From: an uncultured Actinomycetota bacterium
GTDB lineage: Bacteria; Actinomycetota; Actinomycetes; Propionibacteriales; Nocardioidaceae
Direction: 5' to 3'
Length of the DNA: 32,000 nt
NCBI GenBank assembly: GCA_963760105.1
Contig: CAVXBP010000014.1
Span: 56,787-88,786, forward strand
The notes under the pieces: generated by a model
Seen by the model: only the letters and a program-made list of their open reading frames with translations
What the model was told of the DNA's origin: nothing
The model's database searches: none
Made by a program: the position numbers and the translations under genes
Part shown: piece by piece, positions 9,071-16,036 of the stretch
Layout of the letters: every line of letters begins with the position of its first letter
How positions within the stretch are numbered: the first letter of the stretch is position 1

Positions 9071-9523
9071 ATGAAGCTTCCATCCCACCACAAGGTTCTT
9101 TCCGCGACCGCCGCCTCGATCCTGTTGCTCACGGCTGCCTGCGGAGGAAGCGATCAGTCGGCAGACGCCACGCCGACGACATCCGCGACCTCCTCCGGTG
9201 CGGCGACGGACGGCACGTCGACCGGTACGTACGTGGACGGCGAATACGCAGGCAGCGGCGAATACTCCAATCCCGGAGGTCAGTCCTCGGTCAAGGTGGA
9301 GCTGACGTTGTCGGGTGGCAAGATCTCCGACATCGTGGTGACCCCGGAGGCCACGAACGGTACGTCGAAGGGCTTCCAGGCGAAGTTCGCCGGCGGCATC
9401 GCCGGCGAGGTCGTCGGCAAGAGCCTCGACGAGCTCAACGTCACCAAGGTTTCGGGGTCGTCGCTCACGTCGCAGGGATTCAATCAGGCGATCGATCAGA
9501 TCAAGGCTGATGCCCGGGCCTGA
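9071..9523 (+). CDS. FMN-binding (FMN_bind) domain lipoprotein
   Basis: Signal peptide ending LLLTAAC. The C-terminal stretch VTKVSGSSLTSQGFNQAIDQI resembles the NqrC/RnfG-type flavinylation segment (SGAT-like). Confidence 0.7.
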   Translation: MKLPSHHKVLSATAASILLLTAACGGSDQSADATPTTSATSSGAATDGTSTGTYVDGEYAGSGEYSNPGGQSSVKVELTLSGGKISDIVVTPEATNGTSKGFQAKFAGGIAGEVVGKSLDELNVTKVSGSSLTSQGFNQAIDQIKADARA

Positions 9524-10376
9524 CGCCTGGCAGTTCGAGGCGATCGGCACGGCCTGGCAGATCGACACGGCTACTCCGCTGGGCGAGCCGATCCGCGCCG
9601 CGGTGCTTGATTGCATCGATCGCTTCGACCGGGTGTGGTCGCGGTTCCGGTCCGACTCCGTCGTCAGCGAGATGGCGGCTCGCAGCGGTACGTGGGACCT
9701 GGGGGAAGCCGACCACCTTCTGGGCTTCTACGACGAGCTGTATGAGGCGACGGACGGTGCGGTCAACCCGCTCGTCGGCCAGACCTTGGCCGATCTCGGT
9801 TACGACGCCGACTACTCCCTGACCCCGACCAGGCAGATCGCCGACGTCCCGGATTGGGACACGGTGGCGCGCACGGGGTCGGTGCTGACGACGACTGAAC
9901 CGGTCGTCCTCGATGTGGGCGCAGCAGGGAAGGGTCTGCTCGTCGACCTGATCGCCGGCGTCTTGGTGAGCTCGGGGCGCAACGAGTTCACGATCGATGC
10001 GAGCGGCGACATCTACCACCACGGCACCACACCGATCCGGGTCGCGTTGGAGCATCCCTTCGACCCGAGTCGTGCCCTCGGCGTGGTCGAGCTCGATCCC
10101 GAGGATGCGCTGTGCGGATCTGCGACCAATCGCCGGGCGTGGGGCGACGGCCTTCACCATGTCCTCGACGGACGCACCGGACGGCCGACCAACGACATCG
10201 TGGCGACCTGGGTCGTCGTTCCCCAGTCCTGCATGCGGGCGGACGGTCTGGCGACGGCCCTTTTCCTTGCCGAACCGGCCCAGCTCATGCCACGTTTCAG
10301 CTACGAGTTCGTACGTATGCACGCCGACGGCCGGGTTGAGTGGTCGCCGCAGTTCCCCGGAGAGGTGTTCGCATGA
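9510..10376 (+). CDS. apbE: FAD:protein FMN transferase (ApbE family)
   Basis: ApbE-like sequence throughout (SEMAARSG, NPLVGQTLADLGYD, LDVGAAGKGLLVD, SGDIYHHG, CGSATNRR, HHVLDGRTGRP, ADGLATALF). It overlaps the upstream gene by 14 nt and the downstream gene by ATGA. Confidence 0.85.
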   Translation: MPGPDAWQFEAIGTAWQIDTATPLGEPIRAAVLDCIDRFDRVWSRFRSDSVVSEMAARSGTWDLGEADHLLGFYDELYEATDGAVNPLVGQTLADLGYDADYSLTPTRQIADVPDWDTVARTGSVLTTTEPVVLDVGAAGKGLLVDLIAGVLVSSGRNEFTIDASGDIYHHGTTPIRVALEHPFDPSRALGVVELDPEDALCGSATNRRAWGDGLHHVLDGRTGRPTNDIVATWVVVPQSCMRADGLATALFLAEPAQLMPRFSYEFVRMHADGRVEWSPQFPGEVFA

Positions 10377-11935
10377 TCGCAACCGTCAGGGATCTGCTGG
10401 ACCGCCAGCTGGGGCGAGTCACGATGTACCGGCTGGTCACGATCGTGCTGTGCGTGCTGGCAGCGATCTACATCACCTACTCGGCCATTGGCGTGATCGA
10501 AGGGGTTTCCGCTGGCCATGAGGTCCTCTCGCTCGTGGTGCTTCTCGTCGCGTCGTATGCGTCCAACCGGCTGCTCGCTCTGCTCTGGAGGATCAAGCCG
10601 CACGGCGAGTCGTCGATCATCACCGGGCTCCTCCTGTTCTTCCTGTTCGTGCCGATGTTCACCACCGCGGTTGCGGACTACGCCTGGCTTGCCTCGGCGG
10701 CTGTGCTCGCCAACGCCTCGAAGTACGTGCTCGCGTGGCGTGGACGACACGTCTTCAACCCGGCCGCTGCCGGAGCGTTCCTCGTCTACGTCGCCCAGGA
10801 GATCGTGGGCCGCGAGTTCGCGACGTTCGCGATCTGGCAGGCAGCGGCAACCGACAAGATGTTGCCCTTCGTGGCGGTCGGAGCGTTCCTCGTCCTGTGG
10901 CGGACCCGCCGCCTCGATGTGGGCTTGCTGTTCATCGCCCTCACCGCGGTGCTGGTTGTCCTCGGCCTCAACGACCGCGGCACCGATCTCGGAGACGCCC
11001 TGCGGACCACGTTCTACTCCTACCCCGCGGTGTTCCTTGCGGGGTTCATGCTCAGCGAGCCGCTGACGCTGCCCCCACGCCGCAAGCAGCAGCTGGTCGT
11101 GGCCGCCGTCATGGCGCTGGTCTTCTCCTACCCGACCTGCATCTCGTTGCTGACCGACAGCCCTCCCGATCTGGGCTGGTTCGGCCCGACGCCCGAGAGC
11201 GCGCTCCTGGTCGGCAACCTCGTCGCCTTTGCCTTTGCCCGAAGGCGCGGGGTGTCACTTGACCTCGTCTCGCGCCGCCAGATCACCCCCGAGACGCACG
11301 AGTTCACGTTCCAATCCCGGCGTCCGGTCTCGTTCCGACCCGGGCAGTTCGCCGAGCTGACCCTGCCCCACAAGGGCGTCGACGGGCGCGGCGTGCGGCG
11401 GTCATTCAGCATCAGCTCGCCCCCCGATCCCGACGGCCAGGTGACGTTCGCACTGCGGATCCCCGAGAAGTCGTCAACCTTCAAGCGGGCGATGGTCGGT
11501 CTCGAGCCCGGAGCGCGAGTGCACTCAACCGGCATCTCCGGTGACTTCCTACTTCCCGACGATCCGGCGATCCCGGTGGTGCTGGTCGCCGGAGGCATTG
11601 GCATCACACCGTTCATCAGCCAGCTCCTCGACGAACCCGAGCGTGAAGCCGTCATCGTCTACGGCGTCACGGGACCAGACGACATTGCCTACGCGGATGT
11701 CTTGGCAGGGTTCAGGGTCGTGATCGTCTGCCCGGTTGAACCCGACAACCTGCCGACCCAGTGGCGCCACGTCGAGGCGCCGTTGGTGTCGGTCGACATC
11801 ATTGCCGCAGTCGTGCCCGACCTTGACCAGCGGCTCGCCTACATCTCGGGCCCGCCGGCCATGGTCAACGCTGCCCGCGCCGGACTCGTCAAACGGTGCA
11901 AGCGCGTCAGGACGGACTACTTCACGGGCTACTGA
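10373..11935 (+). CDS. RnfD/NqrB-like polytopic membrane domain fused to a C-terminal FNR-type (FAD/NAD(P)H) reductase domain
   Basis: The membrane half contains RHVFNPAAAGAFL, an RnfD/NqrB-like motif. The C-terminal half has RRSFSISS (RxYS-type FAD motif) and LVAGGIGITPF (NAD(P)H-binding). ATG 10373 overlaps the apbE stop. Confidence 0.7.
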   Translation: MIATVRDLLDRQLGRVTMYRLVTIVLCVLAAIYITYSAIGVIEGVSAGHEVLSLVVLLVASYASNRLLALLWRIKPHGESSIITGLLLFFLFVPMFTTAVADYAWLASAAVLANASKYVLAWRGRHVFNPAAAGAFLVYVAQEIVGREFATFAIWQAAATDKMLPFVAVGAFLVLWRTRRLDVGLLFIALTAVLVVLGLNDRGTDLGDALRTTFYSYPAVFLAGFMLSEPLTLPPRRKQQLVVAAVMALVFSYPTCISLLTDSPPDLGWFGPTPESALLVGNLVAFAFARRRGVSLDLVSRRQITPETHEFTFQSRRPVSFRPGQFAELTLPHKGVDGRGVRRSFSISSPPDPDGQVTFALRIPEKSSTFKRAMVGLEPGARVHSTGISGDFLLPDDPAIPVVLVAGGIGITPFISQLLDEPEREAVIVYGVTGPDDIAYADVLAGFRVVIVCPVEPDNLPTQWRHVEAPLVSVDIIAAVVPDLDQRLAYISGPPAMVNAARAGLVKRCKRVRTDYFTGY

Positions 11936-13015
11936 GTCGGCGAGACCAGCGCTCCTCGATCTTGCCGAACCGCCAGATCGCGCTGCTCACCGCCCACGTC
12001 AGCCACGAACAGCACCACGATCGCGTAGCCGACGCGATCAAGATCGATGCCTCCGATCCACGCAATGGGACCGGAAGTGAGGCCGAGCTTGTCGCTGAGC
12101 AGCCCCACCAGCTCGACGCCGCCGATGGCCAACGCCACGACGACCGACAGGCCCGTCACGGTGATGTTGTAATAGACCTTGCGGACGGGCCGGAGAAACG
12201 CCCAGTCGTACGCGAGGCCCATGAATGCGCCGTCGATGCTGTCGAACAGGCTCATGCCTGCGGTGAACAGGATCGGCAGCACCAACAGCGCATACCAAGG
12301 CATGTGGAACGCGGCCGCGCCAGCAGCAAGGACCAGAAGTGAGACCTCGGTTGCCGTGTCGAATCCGAGCCCGAACAGCAGTCCCACGCCATACATGTGC
12401 CGTGGTCTGCTGACTGATCTGGTGAACCGTCCGAGCAGTCGGTTGAGCAGGCCACGGTTTTGGAGCTGGCGTTCGAGCTCGGCCTCGTCATAGACACCTG
12501 CGCGCATGTTGCGCGCGACCCGCAGCACGCCGACGAGAACCACGGCGTTGATCAGACCGATCGTGATGAGGAACAGTCCGGAGACGCTGGTTCCGATCAC
12601 TCCGGCCGACTGCTGCAACGTCGAGGACTCGTCGGAGACCTGGCCACCCAGGGCGCGAACGCCGAACGACAGGAGCAGACACAGACCGAAGACAACGCTG
12701 GAGTGTCCCAACGCAAACCAGAAGCCGACCGACAAGGGGACGGCCGGCGTCGGGGTTGTCAGCCAAGAGCTTGCGGGTGACGTTGTCCACTGCTGCGATG
12801 TGGTCGATGTCGAATGCGTGGCGCATGCCCAGTGTGTAGGCGGTGACACCGAGCCCGATGCCGAACAGCCCGGTCTTGCCGAGCTCAAGCTGCTGTGCGG
12901 CGACCACGAACAGCAGACCCCAGCCGATCACGTGCAGCATGACGACCGCCACGGTCATGCCACCGAGGGACCGTCTCTCGGTGTGGGTCAGGCCGCGCAT
13001 CGCTGTCGTCGACAT
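11922..13015 (-). pseudogene. HoxN/HupN/NixA-family nickel/cobalt permease (NiCoT) interrupted by two +1 frameshifts
   Basis: The frame from ATG 13015 gives the signature HAFDIDHIAAVDNVTRKLL...GRPL. The conserved continuation SVGFWFALGHSSVV... is in another frame, with the shift at plus-strand GGGG 12736-12739. The C-terminus LTWAVSSAIWRFGKIEERW is in the third frame, with the shift near 12003-12004. The span is 1094 nt, which equals 364 codons plus 2 nt. Confidence 0.85.
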
Positions 13016-13053
13016 GGATTCTCCGGTGATCTGGATATCAGCCACCGTACTCA

Positions 13054-13071
13054 GATGCGACGATGTTGCAA
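13054..13071 (-). promoter_or_regulatory. Nur-box-like motif upstream of the NiCoT gene
   Basis: The minus strand reads TTGCAA-catcg-TCGCAT, compared with the remembered Streptomyces Nur consensus tTGCaa-N5-ttGCAA. The second half-site matches only 4 of 6. It lies 39-56 nt upstream of ATG 13015. Confidence 0.2.
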
Positions 13072-13088
13072 CAGGGCCGAATGATGAT

Positions 13089-13544
13089 TCAGGCCTGCGC
13101 GGCACACTCCGCACACATTCCGAGGAAGGCCGCGTGATGGACGGCGACTCGAAAACCAATGTCATCGCGCAGCGTACGAGCCAGAGGCTCCAGCACTGAC
13201 TCGTCGATGTCGATGATCCGATTGCAGGTCGTGCACTGGACGTGCGCGTGGCCGGGCTCCGGGTGGTCTTCACCCGGCAGCGCGAGGTGATAGATCGTGG
13301 CGGATCCGGCCACATGCGTGTGCGAAACCAGGCCGAGGTCGCCCAAGGTTGTCAGGGCGCGGTAGACCGTGGTGCGGTGCACTCCGGGCGCCGAGGCGGT
13401 CGCCCGCAACGCAATGTCGTCGGCCGTCAGATGCTCTGCGGTCGAGTCGAGGACCTCGACAACGGCGCGCCGGGCGGCCGTTACGCGTTCACCCTGACGC
13501 CGCAGCATGGCGATGGCCTGGTCGGCTCGACCCGTCGTGTCCAT
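13089..13544 (-). CDS. Fur-family metalloregulator (Nur-like by context only)
   Basis: 151 aa with a winged-helix N-terminus (RTTVYRALTTL) and a His-rich metal site (HTH...HPEPGHAH). It has two CxxC pairs (CTTC, CAEC) typical of the Fur structural Zn site. Confidence 0.85.
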   Translation of the reverse strand: MDTTGRADQAIAMLRRQGERVTAARRAVVEVLDSTAEHLTADDIALRATASAPGVHRTTVYRALTTLGDLGLVSHTHVAGSATIYHLALPGEDHPEPGHAHVQCTTCNRIIDIDESVLEPLARTLRDDIGFRVAVHHAAFLGMCAECAAQA

Positions 13545-13579
13545 GCGTCCATTGTGCGCTCTGGGGTGCCCGACATTCC

Positions 13580-13608
13580 TTGCGTGTGGGTGGGGCCCGA
13601 CCTATCGT
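13580..13608 (+). promoter_or_regulatory. Candidate hypA promoter
   Basis: TTGCGT (13580-13585), a 17-nt spacer, then TATCGT (13603-13608). GGAGG (13619-13623) lies 5 nt before ATG 13629. Confidence 0.25.
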
Positions 13609-13628
13609 GGCGTTGTCCGGAGGTGTGT

Positions 13629-13958
13629 ATGCACGAACTCTCCATCGCCGAGGCGGTCGTCGAGGCAGTTCTTGATCGCACCGGCGACCAGCAGGTGACT
13701 GTCGTCCGGCTCGACGTCGGAAAGCTCTCGGGGGTGGTGCCCGAGGCGTTGTCGTTCTGCTTTGAACTCGTCACCGCCGGCACGTCGCTTGAGGGCTCTG
13801 CTCTGGAGATCATCCACACCGCAGGTCTGGCGCACTGCCGCGGTTGCGACCGCGACTTTCACAAGGACGACCTGATCTTGCTGTGCGAGTGTGGAAGTGC
13901 CGATGTCGAGGTGGTGGCCGGACAGGAGTTGTCGGTCACCTCAGTGGAGGTGGCGTAG
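13629..13958 (+). CDS. hypA: Hydrogenase nickel-insertion metallochaperone HypA
   Basis: MHELSIAEAVV N-terminus (the MHE Ni site) and zinc motifs CRGC...CECG. Length is 109 aa. Confidence 0.9.
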   Translation: MHELSIAEAVVEAVLDRTGDQQVTVVRLDVGKLSGVVPEALSFCFELVTAGTSLEGSALEIIHTAGLAHCRGCDRDFHKDDLILLCECGSADVEVVAGQELSVTSVEVA

Positions 13959-14759
13959 ATGTGCGCAACATGTGGATGCGGCGAAGCCGAGGTGCGGGTC
14001 GACGGGGCGACGGGGGATTACCTTCACGTGCACGCGGACGGCACCGCGCACAGTCACGGCCCCGATCACGAGCATCCGCACGATCACGAGCACGAGCACG
14101 AGGTGCCCGCCCCCCATACGCACTCGATCGACCTTGAAGTTGCCGTGCTTGCCAAGAACGACCAATTGGCCGGTGACAACCGCACGTGGTTGCGGGAGCG
14201 CGGCATCGCGGCACTCAACCTCATGAGCTCTCCGGGCGCCGGCAAGACCTCGCTGCTGGAGCGGACAATCCGCGAAGCCGGACCTGACCGCCAGATCTGT
14301 GTCATCGAAGGTGACCAGGAAACGGCATATGACGCCGACCGCATCAGAGCCGCAGGTGCCCGAGCCGTCCAGATCAACACCGGCTCCGGGTGCCACCTCG
14401 ACGCCTCGATGGTGCGCCGCGGGCTCGACTCTCTGGGACCAGACGATGGCGATCTGGTCGTGTTGGAGAACGTCGGAAACCTCGTCTGTCCGGCCCTGTT
14501 CGATCTGGGCGAGACCAAGAAGGTCGTGGTCATCTCGGTGACCGAGGGGGACGACAAGCCGCTGAAGTACCCCCACATGTTCGCGGCCGCCGACCTGGTC
14601 GTCGTCAACAAGACCGACCTGCTGCCCTACGTCCAGTTCGACGTCGACCGGTGCGAGAAGGACGCCCGCAGCCTCAACCCGGACGTCACCTGGATGCCCT
14701 TGAGTGTCCAGACTGGCGAGGGTCTGGACGCCTGGTACGGCTGGCTGCGCGAACTTTAA
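13959..14759 (+). CDS. hypB: Hydrogenase nickel-incorporation GTPase HypB
   Basis: N-terminal CATCGC (CxxCGC), a His-rich tract, the P-loop SSPGAGKTS, and ENVGNLVCP and NKTDL motifs. Its ATG directly abuts the hypA stop. Confidence 0.95.
   Translation: MCATCGCGEAEVRVDGATGDYLHVHADGTAHSHGPDHEHPHDHEHEHEVPAPHTHSIDLEVAVLAKNDQLAGDNRTWLRERGIAALNLMSSPGAGKTSLLERTIREAGPDRQICVIEGDQETAYDADRIRAAGARAVQINTGSGCHLDASMVRRGLDSLGPDDGDLVVLENVGNLVCPALFDLGETKKVVVISVTEGDDKPLKYPHMFAAADLVVVNKTDLLPYVQFDVDRCEKDARSLNPDVTWMPLSVQTGEGLDAWYGWLREL
14025..14123 (+). other. His-rich nickel-storage tract within HypB
   Basis: 12 His in 33 residues (HVHADGTAHSHGPDHEHPHDHEHEHEVPAPHTH), encoded by reiterated CAC-GAn codons. Confidence 0.8.
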
Positions 14760-14802
14760 ACCTCATGGACGACCCCCGCAACCGGTGACGGTGCTTGTAC
14801 CA

Positions 14803-14819
14803 GAAATCGACAAGATTTC
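14803..14819. promoter_or_regulatory. Inverted repeat in an AT-rich patch upstream of the hydrogenase structural genes (operator candidate)
   Basis: GAAATC-gacaa-GATTTC, flanked by AGAAAT (14802-14807) and ATTTCT (14823-14828) and by a direct ATTTC-gca-ATTTC repeat. It lies just upstream of a TTGACA hexamer. Confidence 0.3.
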
Positions 14820-14840
14820 GCAATTTCTTCTGTGTGATCC

Positions 14841-14870
14841 TTGACACGCCGAGGGATCGAGGATGGTAAT
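14841..14870 (+). promoter_or_regulatory. Candidate promoter for hhyS/hhyL
   Basis: Perfect -35 TTGACA (14841-14846). An imperfect -10 (TGGTAAT, 14864-14870) follows at 17-18 nt. It sits in the 191-nt hypB-hhyS gap. Confidence 0.3.
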
Positions 14871-14915
14871 GGGATGGAGGTTGCGCAGCGCATCCATCCA
14901 GTGCACTGGCAGCCA

Positions 14916-14934
14916 GGAGGCATTCTTCGCCTCC
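14916..14934 (+). promoter_or_regulatory. 5'-UTR hairpin immediately upstream of the hhyS ribosome-binding site
   Basis: GGAGGC (14916-14921) pairs with GCCTCC (14929-14934) across a 7-nt loop. GGAGAG (14935-14940) follows, then ATG 14951. Confidence 0.3.
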
Positions 14935-14950
14935 GGAGAGGCCGGCCAAG

Positions 14951-16006
14951 ATGCCAACTGCCGAGGCGATCAAAGCGGAAGAAACCCTGATTCACGTCCT
15001 GTGGATCAACGCCGGATTGAGTTGCGACGGGGACTCGGTCTCCCTGACAGCCGCAACCCAGCCCAGTATCGAAGAGATTGCGATGGGCGCCCTCCCGGGC
15101 CTCCCGCAGATCGCGGTGCATTGGCCGCTGATCGACTTCGAGTGTGGCCCAGAGGGAGGTGCAGACGACTTTCTTGAGTGGTTCCACAAGGCAGATCGTG
15201 GCGAGTTGGAGCCGTTCGTCCTTGTCGTGGAGGGATCAATCCCCAACGAGGCACTCCACGACGAGGGCTATTGGTGTGGCTTCGGCAACGACCCCGCGAC
15301 CGGCCAGCCCCGTACGACGAGTGAGTGGCTTGATCGACTCACCCCCAAGGCGACGGCCGTTGTCGCAGTCGGCACCTGTGCGACATACGGCGGCATCCAC
15401 GCGATGGCCGGCAACCCCACCGGCGCGATGGGTGTTCCTGACTATCTCGGCTGGGACTGGAAGTCCAAGGCCGGCATCCCGATCGTCTGTGTTCCCGGTT
15501 GCCCGATTCAGCCCGACAACCTGTCCGAGACCCTGACCTACCTGCTTTACATGGCCACCGGCCAGGCGCCGATGATCCCCTTGGACGAGGCCCTGCGACC
15601 CACGTGGTTGTTCGGCTCGACCGTCCACGAAGGTTGTGACCGCGCGGGCTATTACGAGCAGGGTGACTTCGCGACCGAGTACGGCTCGCCCAAGTGCATC
15701 GTCAAGCTCGGCTGCTGGGGCCCGGTCGTCAAGTGCAATGTGCCCAAGCGTGGCTGGATGAACGGCATGGGTGGTTGTCCCAACGTGGGCGGCATCTGCA
15801 TCGGCTGCACGATGCCGGGCTTCCCCGACAAATTCATGCCGTTCATGGACGAGCCGCCGGGAGGCAAGTTGTCGACCGCTGCGGTCCAGCCGTATGGCAA
15901 GACGATGCGTTTCCTGCGATCCAAGACAACGGCAACGCTCAACAAGGAACCCAAGTGGCGCAAGCCCGGCAAGACGCTGACCACCGGCGCCAAGAAGACC
16001 TGGTAG
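14951..16006 (+). CDS. hhyS: [NiFe]-hydrogenase small subunit, group 1h/5 type (no Tat signal)
   Basis: FeS-ligand motifs SCDGDS, GTCATYGG, VPGCPIQP, HEGCDR, CIVKLGCWGPVVKC and CPNVGGICIGC. The N-terminus lacks an RRxF Tat motif. No in-frame start lies upstream of 14951 (stop at 14867). Confidence 0.9.
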   Translation: MPTAEAIKAEETLIHVLWINAGLSCDGDSVSLTAATQPSIEEIAMGALPGLPQIAVHWPLIDFECGPEGGADDFLEWFHKADRGELEPFVLVVEGSIPNEALHDEGYWCGFGNDPATGQPRTTSEWLDRLTPKATAVVAVGTCATYGGIHAMAGNPTGAMGVPDYLGWDWKSKAGIPIVCVPGCPIQPDNLSETLTYLLYMATGQAPMIPLDEALRPTWLFGSTVHEGCDRAGYYEQGDFATEYGSPKCIVKLGCWGPVVKCNVPKRGWMNGMGGCPNVGGICIGCTMPGFPDKFMPFMDEPPGGKLSTAAVQPYGKTMRFLRSKTTATLNKEPKWRKPGKTLTTGAKKTW

Positions 16007-16036
16007 TCCCACTCCCACAAGCAGAAAGGCGGCGTC

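Noticed and set aside
11990-12750. Programmed ribosomal frameshifting as an explanation for the split nickel permease
   Set aside because: There are two separate shifts, no slippery heptamer and no obvious stimulatory structure at either site. Simple 1-nt homopolymer insertions explain both.
13563-13601. Direct repeat GGGG(T)GCCCGAC twice in the fur/hypA divergent region as a regulator binding site
   Set aside because: It is short, GC-rich and imperfect. Such repeats arise easily by chance in this composition, and I know of no consensus that it matches.
14863-15177. 104-aa ORF starting in the hhyS leader (possible upstream ORF or alternative small-subunit start)
   Set aside because: It is out of frame with hhyS and overlaps it by 227 nt. 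Its sequence is nonsense-like and Arg/Gly-rich. The hhyS frame is closed by TAA at 14867-14869, so ATG 14951 stands.
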